From: an uncultured cyanobacterium
GTDB lineage: Bacteria; Cyanobacteriota; Cyanobacteriia; Cyanobacteriales; CAWCAG01
Assembly (NCBI GenBank): GCA_963793425.1
Contig: CAWCAG010000001.1
Coordinates: 213,280 to 237,279 of the forward strand
Reading direction: 5' to 3'
DNA: 24,000 nucleotides
Shown here: positions 1 through 7,886 of the stretch, one piece after another
Position numbering within the stretch: the first letter of the stretch is position 1
How the letters are laid out: the number at the start of each line of letters is the position of its first letter
The notes under the pieces: generated by a model
The model's database searches: none
What the model was told of the DNA's origin: nothing
What the model saw: the letters and a program-made list of their open reading frames with translations, nothing else
Position numbers and translations under genes: made by a program

Positions 1-791
1 GCTTTTTGGTATTCCCCCATAAATTTGTAAGCAATACCTAAATTATTCAAAGAACTAGCAACCCCAGATTGATCACTTTTTTCTCGGAATATTACTAAGG
101 ACTGTTGATAAAATTCTATCGCTTTTTGATATTGACCTAAAAGAGAGTGAAGTTCTCCTAAATTGTTGAGTGCTTTAGCTAATTGTGCATAGTCATCTGT
201 ATCTTGGAATATTTTTAAAGACTGTTGATAAAACTCAATCGCTTTTTGATATTGACCTAGAGATTTGTAAGCAATGCCTAGATTATTAAAAGAAGCAGCC
301 TCTCCAGAAAGATTGTCTGTTTCCTGGAATATTTTTAAAGACTGCTGATAAACTTCTATCGCTTGTTGGTATTCATTTTGTAGTGAGTAGAGTCCCCCCA
401 AATTGTGTAGAATATAAGTCTGTTCCGAAGTATCTTCTATTGCTTGGGCGATTGCCAAAGACTCTTCAAAAAAGGCGATCGCTTCTGGATACTGCCCCAA
501 AGATGCGTTGCCAATACCCAAATTATTTAAGGACTTAAGCATCCCCAAAGAATCGCCTATTTCTTGATAAATAGCCAAAGACTTTTGCCAAGACTCTACA
601 GCTGCTTGAAACTGACTAATTTTATACTGCTCTATCCCTTTTTTTCGTAGTCTATCAGCCTCTTCTTGCTGTTCACTGGAACCTTGAGCGATCGCTGGCA
701 AACTAAATAAAGGTGCAGAAAAATTGGCAGTTACTACATCAGTAACCGCAAATATCATCAAGATGCCGAGGAGTTTTCTTGGTAGGTGCAT
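1..791 (-). CDS. TPR-repeat protein, N-terminal part with signal-peptide-like start (gene continues past window start)
   Basis: Absent from the ORF track because it is open at the window edge. The reverse complement from ATG 791..789 reads MHLPRKLLGILMIFAVTDVVTANFSAPLFSLPAIAQGSSEQQEEADRLRKKGIEQYKISQFQAAVESWQKSLAIYQEIGD..., followed by ~40-aa TPR-like units (NNLGxxYxxLGxYxxAIxxYQQSLxI). The DNA has exact 120-bp periodicity: atcgctttttgatattgaccta occurs at 118-139 and 238-259. Confidence 0.75.
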   Translation of the reverse strand, partial: MHLPRKLLGILMIFAVTDVVTANFSAPLFSLPAIAQGSSEQQEEADRLRKKGIEQYKISQFQAAVESWQKSLAIYQEIGDSLGMLKSLNNLGIGNASLGQYPEAIAFFEESLAIAQAIEDTSEQTYILHNLGGLYSLQNEYQQAIEVYQQSLKIFQETDNLSGEAASFNNLGIAYKSLGQYQKAIEFYQQSLKIFQDTDDYAQLAKALNNLGELHSLLGQYQKAIEFYQQSLVIFREKSDQSGVASSLNNLGIAYKFMGEYQK

Positions 792-848
792 GATTTACTT
801 TTTAGATTGACCTAATTAAGCGTCTTCTTCTCTCATTCCCCAACAAGT

Positions 849-1865
849 CTATATTAAATTAAGTTCATCAGGATTAATTCCCAACTCCCTTAACTTAGCA
901 GCTAGTTTCTCTGCTTTTAACCTCGCTTCAATCGCCTCCTGTTGAACTTCAATCGCCTCTTGTCTAGCCTCAAAAGTTTCCTGTTGAGCTTCAATCGCCT
1001 CCTGTTGAGCCTCAAAAGCCTCTTGTTGAGCTTCAATTGCCTCCTGTTGAGCTTCAATCGCCTCTTGTTGAGCCTCAAAAGTCTCCTGTTGAGCTTCAAT
1101 CGCCTCTTGTCTAGCCTCAAAAGTTTCCTGTTGAGCTTCAAAAGCCTCTTGTCTAGCTTCAATCGCCTCTTGTTGAGCAACAATGACTTCTTCTTCTGGT
1201 ATGGGGATTAATTCACCTTCTAGAGTTAACCACCGTAGCCACAATCTTTCTTTTCCCTTAAATTCCCCTTGCCAAGAACCTAAACTTAAACCCAATTCTG
1301 GCATTTCCAAACGCCCTTTAGTTAAATTAACTTCTTGGTACTTACCTTCCCTCAGTTGAAAGGCTTTGATTTGGTCTGTATACCGACTAAAAACGATGTA
1401 ATAGGGAATTTTTAATATCTGTTCATATACTTCCCATTTTGTGGGGGGTTCCCCTTTCTTACTAGTAGTTTCTCCTAAATCTTCTGCTTCTGTACCAGGA
1501 GATAATAATTCCACTACCACAAAAGGATTAGCTTCCTCTTGCCAAGTTACATAACTCAGGCGCATATCTTTCCCTTCATACAATCTTTGCACTCCCACTG
1601 CCCCAAACCAGTCAGGGCGTTTGTACCACCGGGTATGTTTAAGGTCGTAGTAGAGATTCATATCCGTAGCGGAGTAGATTGCATCTTGATTCCAAGTGGT
1701 AGGAAGAAAGGTCAGATAAAGTAGTAAGGGTTGAAAAAAATGAAATTCGTCTGGCAAACCGGGTTCCTCTGGATTTTCACTCGGAAGATCATACATTGTC
1801 GGTAGCTCATTTCGAGGAGGAAGAATCTGTTGAGTGGATTTTGGGAAAAAAGCTGAAGAAGTCAT
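849..1865 (-). CDS. Uma2-family (DUF820) putative endonuclease with expanded C-terminal heptad-repeat tail
   Basis: 338-aa ORF. The N-terminal MYDLPSENPEEPGLPDEFHFFQP... and the body (WYKRPDWFGAVGV, FVVVELLSPGTE, YYIVFSRY) match the cyanobacterial Uma2 pattern I recognise. The tail ends in the typical ...KLRELGINPDEL. Confidence 0.8.
   Translation of the reverse strand: MTSSAFFPKSTQQILPPRNELPTMYDLPSENPEEPGLPDEFHFFQPLLLYLTFLPTTWNQDAIYSATDMNLYYDLKHTRWYKRPDWFGAVGVQRLYEGKDMRLSYVTWQEEANPFVVVELLSPGTEAEDLGETTSKKGEPPTKWEVYEQILKIPYYIVFSRYTDQIKAFQLREGKYQEVNLTKGRLEMPELGLSLGSWQGEFKGKERLWLRWLTLEGELIPIPEEEVIVAQQEAIEARQEAFEAQQETFEARQEAIEAQQETFEAQQEAIEAQQEAIEAQQEAFEAQQEAIEAQQETFEARQEAIEVQQEAIEARLKAEKLAAKLRELGINPDELNLI
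927..1178 (-). repeat. 12 tandem in-frame 21-bp repeats encoding (A/V)(Q/R)QE(A/T)(I/F)E heptads
   Basis: Protein segment AQQEAIE ARQEAFE AQQETFE ARQEAIE AQQETFE AQQEAIE AQQEAIE AQQEAFE AQQEAIE AQQETFE ARQEAIE VQQEAIE. The DNA unit is gcctc(t/c)tgt(t/c)(g/t)ag(c)ttcaat-like. All other frames stay open across it (track ORFs 917..1183 and 942..1211). Confidence 0.9.
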
Positions 1866-2538
1866 GAGAAGATTTTTATGATGTTGTTTAATTTTATGAG
1901 TTTAAGCAGGATTTGGCTTTAACACGTTCAATTTAACCATCACTCGACTATTTAGGCTACCTCATGTAGTTTATTTATCAGTAACCAAGTTAATCTCAAC
2001 GGGTCGCCCCTACGGTGAAAAAATGCTGGGGCGATCGCGAAGCGTCTCCACTCTTGAGAATCACAGCTAAGACATATTTGTAAATAATTATCTCAACGAG
2101 AGGATAATTGAGATAAATACATCTATAAATAGTAATTCCAGTCGCACAATATCTTAAAGTAGGATGGGCAAAATCTAACCATCCGTCATCTAGAGCTTCC
2201 CTAATTAATCATCCGTCGTCAAAAACGGTATTAATTGAGGCTTAATGGTCTAGTTATCAAGAAATATTAAAATTAGCAGAAATTTCCTTAAGATAACGAG
2301 AAATTTTACTGTGGTTCCATCATAACCCTAATATTCTACCGAACAAGATATTTGTCAATTCACCTTTCCCAATAGCCATGAAATTTGCATCTTCCCCCTT
2401 CTGGTTAGCTTTAAGCTTAACCAGTGCTATCTTCACTTTCCCTACCACGCCCAAATCACCCCTGACAAAACCCTTGGAAGAGAAACTTCTGTTGTTACTC
2501 CCCTAAACTCCCAGCTTCAACGCCTTGACGGAGGTGCT

Positions 2539-2994
2539 TTGCGAGGAGTTAATCTCTTTCATAGTTTCTTAGAATTTAACATCAAAGAAGGTCATGGCGC
2601 TTATTTTGCTAACCCCGCAGCAGTAGAGAACATCTTTAGCAGAGTAACAGGAAACAACCCTTCCCATTTATTCGGAACATTAGGAGTATTAGGAGAAGCG
2701 AACTTATTCTTCCTCAACCCTAACGGCATCATCTTTGGTAGCAACGCAACCTTAGACTTGCAGGGTGCTTTTGTCGCTAGTACTGCTGATAGTTTTGTTT
2801 TTCCTGGAGGGAATGTATTTAGTGCCACCAATCCAGAATCTGCCCCTTTATTAACAGTGAGTGCTATTGCTCCTGTTGGTTTACAATTTGAAGGAAGTGG
2901 AGGAACAATAATTAACCAAGGAAACTTAGCAGTTAATGCTGGGGAGGGTTTGAGTTTAGTGGGAGGAACGGTGGTTAACCAAGGAATTTGTTAG
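2539..2994 (+). pseudogene. tpsA fragment carrying the core TPS (haemagglutination-activity) secretion domain
   Basis: Contains the NLFHSFxEFN and NPNGIIFG hallmark motifs of the TPS domain. The frame is open upstream back to at least 2368, but the only signal peptide is in a different frame. Confidence 0.8.
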
Positions 2995-3379
2995 CGCCGG
3001 GGGGAAACATTAGTGTAGTGGCAGTGCCAGAAGGGAGGTTAGTTGAATTAGGAAGTCAAGGAGAGGTTGTCGGTTGGCAGGAGTTAACGGCGAGTGTTAC
3101 AGATGCAGTTGATATTAAATCGGGAACGGCGGTTATTTCTGGTGAAATTGATGTAGTTAATCAAGAAGGAATTGGGGGAGAGGTTCAAGTATTAGGGGAG
3201 ATTGTAGAAGTTATTGGGGTAAAGATTGATGCTTCTGGGGTTGATGGTGGCGGTACTGTATTAATTGGTGGAGATTATCAGGGTAAAGGGGATGTCCCCA
3301 ATGCTTTGCAGACTTATATTAGTGAAGATGTCTGTGATTATAGCTGATGGGTTAGGAAATAGTGAAGGTGGTAAAGTAA

Positions 3380-6300
3380 TTGTCTGGGCAGACGAAACCA
3401 CAAACTTTTATGGCAATGTTTCTGCCCGTGGTGCAGGTACTGGGGATGGGGGCTTTGTGGAGATATCAGGGAAGGAAACCCTGTTGTTTCGGGGAGAAGT
3501 TGATACTAGTTCTGAACTTGGTAATACTGGGGACTTTACTTCTTGATCCTGATAATATTACCATCGAAAATGGTAATGGTACTGGCGCTCCTCAAACCAT
3601 CTCAGAAAGACAATTAGAGGCTCAGGCAAGAAGTAACAATGTTATTGTGCAAGCTAACGATACTATTACTGTCAAAAACCTCTTTGATAACGAATTAGAT
3701 TTATCCGGGGGTTCAGGAATAGTAGTTTTTACTGCCGATGCAGATGGTGATGGTGTGGGTGACTTTGTGATGGAAGATACCGCAGATGCAATCCTGGCTG
3801 AGGAAAAGGATATAACCATTTCTGGGGTTAATATAACTACTGGTGAAATCAATACTGATTCCACTTCTTTCTTTTTATTCAGTGCAGGAGATGCAGGAGA
3901 TATTAAGCTGGAAGCAACAGGAGATATCTCCACTAGCGATCTTAATGCTCGCTCTGTAGCCAATGGCTTGTTGGGAGATGCTGGATATGGAGGAGAAATT
4001 ACCCTCAAGGCTGGGGGCGATATTTCTAGTAGTCAGGTTAACTCTGGCTCTGTTTCCCTTCGTGGAAATTCTAAGGATGCAGGAGTAGTTACCCTTGAAG
4101 CCGGGGGGAATATTTCAACAACTCAAGTGTTTTCAGCCTCTGGCTCTTTCGGAAATGGAAACGTGGGAAGTGGGAACTTGATTACCATGAGGGCTGGAGG
4201 AGATATTATTGCCAGTGCTGGGGTTGCTTCAGGCTCCCTTAGCAGTGGAAATGGAAATGCGGGAGATGGCAGGGCTATCACATTGAAGGCTGGGGGTAAT
4301 ATTTCCACTGCTTATTTCCTTTCTGCTTCTTTTTCCAATGGAAATGGAAACGTGGGAAATGGAGGGGCGATTGATGTTGAGGCTGGCGGTGATATCTTTG
4401 CTAGTGGTGAGGTTAATTCTTCCTCTTATTCTACTAGAGATGGAAATACTCAACATGGAGGGACAATTGCCCTGAAAGCTGGCAGCCATATTTTCACTGG
4501 CATTGTTGACTCCAGATCTACTTCTGTTGGAGATGGAGATACTCAATACGGAGGAGACATTTCTCTTAATGCTGGAAGTGATATCTCCACTAGTGGTACT
4601 ATCACTTCTTCCTCTATTTCTACCGGAGATGGGAATACTCAACGTGGGGGAGACATCCGCATTAAAGCTGGCCGTGATATATCCACTGGCACTATCACTG
4701 CTTCCTCTATTGCTTTTGGACGTGGGGATTCAAGAGATGGAGGAAATGTTAACCTTAAAGCTGGTAGCAATATCTCCTCTGACTTTGCTATCAGTTCTGG
4801 TTCTATTGCCTTTGGAGGTGGAGACTTGGGAGGGGGAGGAGACATTAACATAGAAACTGCTGGAGGAGACATCAAACTTCCAACTAGGATAGGAAATGTC
4901 TTATTTCCTGGGATAGGAGAAGTAAGTAGTGCTGGTAAAACTGGAGGGGACATCAACATTACTAGCTCAGCTACTACTCTAAAATTGGATGACCTTTACA
5001 TCTTGAGTGGAGGAAGTACATCGGCAGGAAGCATTTCCATCACGGCTCCTGCCATGACTCTCAATAACACTCAAATACAGACTGGTCTTATACCAGAGGG
5101 AACATTTGGGAAAATTTCAGATGGAGTAGTAGGAGATATTTCTCTCAATGCCCAAGAAAATATTACTCTCAATAGAAGTGGCATTACCGCCACCCTAGAA
5201 CCGAGTACGAGAGGTCAAGTAGGTAAGATCAGCTTGGTTGCACCAACCCTCAATGTCAACGAATTCTCCCTCATTGAAACCACAACCTTTGGTGAAGGAA
5301 ATGCTGGTGATGTAGAGATTATGGTAAACAATCTCTTTTTAGATCGTAGCAATATTCAAAGTCTCACGGCTGGGGTAGGGAATGCAGGAAAAGTAAATGT
5401 TACTGCTAATCAAGCTGTTCAATTAACCAACCAAAGTAATATTGCTACCGTTGCCAACTCTCGCTCTCAAGGGCAAGGAAACAATATTACCATTAACTCT
5501 CCCCAACTTTCTTTAACTGGAGGTTCCCAGTTGCAAGCGTTAACAAAGAGTAAAGGGGATGCAGGTAATGTTTTGCTGAATATCCAAGACAGACTAACCA
5601 TCTCTGGTGTTAATGCAGAAGGTTTTCTTAGTGGTGTGTTTACTTCCTCCGGAGATGAACAAAATAGGAATACGGGCAAGGGAGGAGATATCACCATTAA
5701 CAACTCTGGTACTGTTACCCTCAGTGACGGAGGAGTCTTAAGCGCCCAAACTTTTAGCAATTCCCCAGGAGGAGACATTAAAGTCAACGCCAACAGACTC
5801 AACCTACAAAGTGGAGGACAAATTTTAACTAGTACCCTTAGTGGAGGTAAAGCAGGGGAAGTTATTGTCAATGCCAGAGAAAGTCTCAACATCAACGGCA
5901 GTGATCCTAACTTTGCTAATCGTCCTCAACAACCTAAATCTTTAAGACAAGGGGTACAAGCTACTCCTTTCAATCTATCTAAATTAATTACGGAAACAGA
6001 ACCCAATAATAGTCCAGGAGAAGCTTTGTTTCTCAGTGATAATCTCTTTTCCGTTGACACTGTTAACAATCCTAACCCCAACGTAGAACTCGCTAACAAG
6101 ATTCCTTATGTTTCAATCCAGGATCAAGGGGACAATACTAACACCTCAGACTATTATGCTCTTGAAGTGACAGCAGGAACAAGGGGGATCTTTGATATTG
6201 ATAATGTCTTAAATGGCCAAGGTAAACCCATAACAGATAGTTCTAATGTGGAGAGTGTAGAGCTTTTACAAGTTCAAAATGGACAGTTGAAAGTGATATG

Positions 6301-7288
6301 GGAAAACCCATTTAGCCAAACATCTCTAGGTGCTGGGGGAAGTAACAGTACTTCTGATCCTTATCTCCGCTATACCTTTACTGAAGGTGGAACTATCTAC
6401 CTCAAAGTTAACAAATCTACTAACGCTGTTCCCAATCAAAGCAACTATACCCTCAACATCTCTTTAGAAAGTCCCAATGTAACAGGTAGCAGCATTACTA
6501 CTGGCGGTGCTGCTAGCGGCATCTTTGCCCAAACTAATCCCGGTACAACGGGAGACTCCGGTAGTGTTTTTGTCAATACCCCAACCCTGAACATTAGAAA
6601 TGGGGGACAACTTGCTGTTAACTCTCAAGGAGATGGCATCGGAGGCAACGTTAACATCGCCGCAGGTGACATCAACCTGTTTAACCAAGGGACAATCACG
6701 GCTGCAACAGCAAGGACTAGTGGAGGTAACATCAACCTCAATGTTCCCGGTACAATCCTCATGCGAAACAACAGCCTCATTAGCGCGGCAGCAGGGGGTG
6801 ATGGCAGTGGTGGCAACATCACCCTCAATATTGGTTTTATTGTTGCAGTCCCCAATGAAAATAGCGATGTAATTGCCCGTGCTGCCCAAGGCAAAGGTGG
6901 TCAAATCATCATTAACGCCACTGGGGTTTATGGCTTTGTTGGAGACAGTCGTTTCTTAACTCCCTTTTCTGATTTAAACGCTTCTTCTGATGTTGCGGGT
7001 AACGAAGGGACTGTGGAAATCGATGTAGATTTTGATGTTACTCAAGGGTTGAATAGTTTGCCCGATGATCGGGTGAATACGGAGGTTAATGACAGTTGTG
7101 AGGCGATAGAAAAAGATTCAACAGTTGCCTTTTTTGATATTGGTAAAGGAGGAACTTTAGCTAACCCAGATGAGCCTTTAGATGCTGATAGTTGGGAATG
7201 GATTAGTTTAGAGGAAGAGGAAGTAGTTGCAGAAGAAGAAAAAGAAATTATTGCTAGAGTAGAGGTTGAAAAGCCGTGTGTATTTTAG
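3380..7288 (+). CDS. Largest intact reading frame of the disrupted tpsA: beta-helix repeats, embedded PPC-like domain, conserved C-terminal region
   Basis: 1302-aa ORF; the homologous part starts at ~3533 (TLLLDPDNITIENG). It has Gly/Ser/Asn-rich ~31-32-aa coils (..GGxIxLKAGGDISTS..), an EPNNSPGEA...DYYALEVTAG...YTLNISL segment, and a C-terminal ...SCEAIEKDSTVAFFDIGKGGTLANPDEPLDADSWEW. Confidence 0.8.
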   Translation: MSGQTKPQTFMAMFLPVVQVLGMGALWRYQGRKPCCFGEKLILVLNLVILGTLLLDPDNITIENGNGTGAPQTISERQLEAQARSNNVIVQANDTITVKNLFDNELDLSGGSGIVVFTADADGDGVGDFVMEDTADAILAEEKDITISGVNITTGEINTDSTSFFLFSAGDAGDIKLEATGDISTSDLNARSVANGLLGDAGYGGEITLKAGGDISSSQVNSGSVSLRGNSKDAGVVTLEAGGNISTTQVFSASGSFGNGNVGSGNLITMRAGGDIIASAGVASGSLSSGNGNAGDGRAITLKAGGNISTAYFLSASFSNGNGNVGNGGAIDVEAGGDIFASGEVNSSSYSTRDGNTQHGGTIALKAGSHIFTGIVDSRSTSVGDGDTQYGGDISLNAGSDISTSGTITSSSISTGDGNTQRGGDIRIKAGRDISTGTITASSIAFGRGDSRDGGNVNLKAGSNISSDFAISSGSIAFGGGDLGGGGDINIETAGGDIKLPTRIGNVLFPGIGEVSSAGKTGGDINITSSATTLKLDDLYILSGGSTSAGSISITAPAMTLNNTQIQTGLIPEGTFGKISDGVVGDISLNAQENITLNRSGITATLEPSTRGQVGKISLVAPTLNVNEFSLIETTTFGEGNAGDVEIMVNNLFLDRSNIQSLTAGVGNAGKVNVTANQAVQLTNQSNIATVANSRSQGQGNNITINSPQLSLTGGSQLQALTKSKGDAGNVLLNIQDRLTISGVNAEGFLSGVFTSSGDEQNRNTGKGGDITINNSGTVTLSDGGVLSAQTFSNSPGGDIKVNANRLNLQSGGQILTSTLSGGKAGEVIVNARESLNINGSDPNFANRPQQPKSLRQGVQATPFNLSKLITETEPNNSPGEALFLSDNLFSVDTVNNPNPNVELANKIPYVSIQDQGDNTNTSDYYALEVTAGTRGIFDIDNVLNGQGKPITDSSNVESVELLQVQNGQLKVIWENPFSQTSLGAGGSNSTSDPYLRYTFTEGGTIYLKVNKSTNAVPNQSNYTLNISLESPNVTGSSITTGGAASGIFAQTNPGTTGDSGSVFVNTPTLNIRNGGQLAVNSQGDGIGGNVNIAAGDINLFNQGTITAATARTSGGNINLNVPGTILMRNNSLISAAAGGDGSGGNITLNIGFIVAVPNENSDVIARAAQGKGGQIIINATGVYGFVGDSRFLTPFSDLNASSDVAGNEGTVEIDVDFDVTQGLNSLPDDRVNTEVNDSCEAIEKDSTVAFFDIGKGGTLANPDEPLDADSWEWISLEEEEVVAEEEKEIIARVEVEKPCVF

Positions 7289-7326
7289 GTAATAAGTAAT
7301 AGGTAATAAGTAATAAGTAATAAGTT
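7289..7326 (+). repeat. Heptamer array (GTAATAA)5 (one GTAATAG variant) starting on the base after the tpsA stop codon
   Basis: GTAATAA GTAATAG GTAATAA GTAATAA GTAATAA GTT read directly. It is the reverse complement of the array at 7847-7886. Confidence 0.95.
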
Positions 7327-7404
7327 AAGAATGTTCTTTTAATTTTTGGTTTAGGAGTAATTTTGAAGTTATAGCTTGGTGATAGTTGTTTTGTAGTTGA
7401 AGAA

Positions 7405-7791
7405 GTGATGATTTTGATTATGGGTGTTTCTCATTTAACTATTCAGGAGCGGACTGAAAATTTTGCTGTTCGTGTAATTAAAGCTTATTGTGAACTTAAT
7501 AGGAGGAATTTTGATGATGCTGGAAAGATATTGGCGAAGCAGTTTCTTAGGAGTGGTACAAGTATTGGAGCTAATTGTGCAGAGGCAATTTATGCTCAAT
7601 CTAACAAAGACTTTGTATCTAAATATTCTATTGCTTTAAAAGAAGCCTCGGAAACCCAGTACTGGATTAAAATCATGATTAAATCTCAACTTCTTCCCAA
7701 ACAAAAGTTTTCAAATATGCAACAAGAAATAATTGAAATAATCAAAATACTAACCACCACTATCAACAAACTGAAATCTAAGCAAGCCTAA
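7405..7791 (+). CDS. Four-helix-bundle protein (23S rRNA intervening-sequence protein / Avd-like family)
   Basis: 128-aa ORF (ATG alternatives at 7408 and 7420). ERTENFAVRVIKAYCEL...AKQFLRSGTSIGANCAEA...SNKDFVSKYSIALKEASETQYWIKIM matches the family pattern (xQLxRSxxSIxANIAEG...FxxxLxIAxGSxxExxxxL). Confidence 0.8.
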   Translation: MMILIMGVSHLTIQERTENFAVRVIKAYCELNRRNFDDAGKILAKQFLRSGTSIGANCAEAIYAQSNKDFVSKYSIALKEASETQYWIKIMIKSQLLPKQKFSNMQQEIIEIIKILTTTINKLKSKQA

Positions 7792-7846
7792 AAACCACCA
7801 AATACTTACTTGTTAATCCCTATTAAAAATATAATGTAAAGTTCAA

Positions 7847-7886
7847 AACTTATTACTTATTACTTATTACTTATTACTTATTACTT
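7847..7886 (+). repeat. Heptamer array (TTATTAC)5, inverted copy of the 7289-7326 array, ending 4 nt before the tpsB ATG
   Basis: AAC TTATTAC x5 TT read directly; five perfect copies span 7850-7884. Confidence 0.95.

Larger units (their letters stand above)
2378..7288 (+). pseudogene. Filamentous-haemagglutinin-like TpsA exoprotein (TPS domain + beta-helix passenger), disrupted by four frameshifts
   Basis: ATG 2378 gives signal peptide MKFASSPFWLALSLTSAIFTF.., stopping at TAA 2504-2506. The TPS domain continues in another frame (..AQITPDKTLGRETSVVTP..GGALRGVNLFHSFLEFNI..NPNGIIFG, track ORF 2539..2994). It then continues in ORF 2988..3347 (LLAPGGNISVVAV..GGTVLIGGDYQGKGDVPNA), ORF 3265..3546 (ADGLGNSEGGKVIVWADETTNFYGNVSARG..GDGGFVEISGKETL) and ORF 3380..7288 (GTLLLDPDNITI...). 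Frames modulo 3 run 2>1>0>1>2. Confidence 0.85.

Noticed and set aside
917-1211. Track ORFs 917..1183 (-) and 942..1211 (+) overlapping the Uma2 tail
   Set aside because: They are alternative frames of the 21-bp tandem repeat and give low-complexity Leu/Lys/Arg or Leu/Ser peptides. This is a repeat artefact, not independent genes.
1539-2831. ORFs 1539..1724 (+) and 2601..2831 (-)
   Set aside because: They are antisense to the Uma2 CDS and to the TPS-domain fragment respectively, with no motifs.
3622-6904. Nine antisense or off-frame ORFs inside tpsA (3622..4008, 4123..4308, 4229..4642, 4503..4853, 4639..4959, 5467..5895, 6464..6904, 6600..6872, 6625..6894)
   Set aside because: All lie within the Gly/Ser/Asn-rich repetitive passenger, whose codon periodicity suppresses stops in other frames. 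Their peptides are low-complexity with no recognisable motifs.
7000-7791. Contact-dependent-inhibition layout (TpsA C-terminal toxin followed by a small immunity gene)
   Set aside because: The TpsA C-terminus (..SCEAIEKDSTVAFFDIGKGGTLANPDEPL..W) looks like the conserved cyanobacterial FHA-family ending rather than a variable toxin tip. The downstream small ORF belongs to a recognisable four-helix-bundle family, not an orphan immunity-like protein.
7289-7886. Four-helix-bundle (Avd-family) gene as part of a diversity-generating retroelement
   Set aside because: Avd proteins belong to this fold family. However, no reverse-transcriptase ORF exists anywhere in the window, and I could not see any template/variable repeat pair, so a DGR is unsupported.
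927-7886. Tandem repeats (21-bp array, heptamer arrays) as CRISPR
   Set aside because: The repeats are contiguous with no unique spacers and the units are too short (7 or 21 bp). One array is coding.
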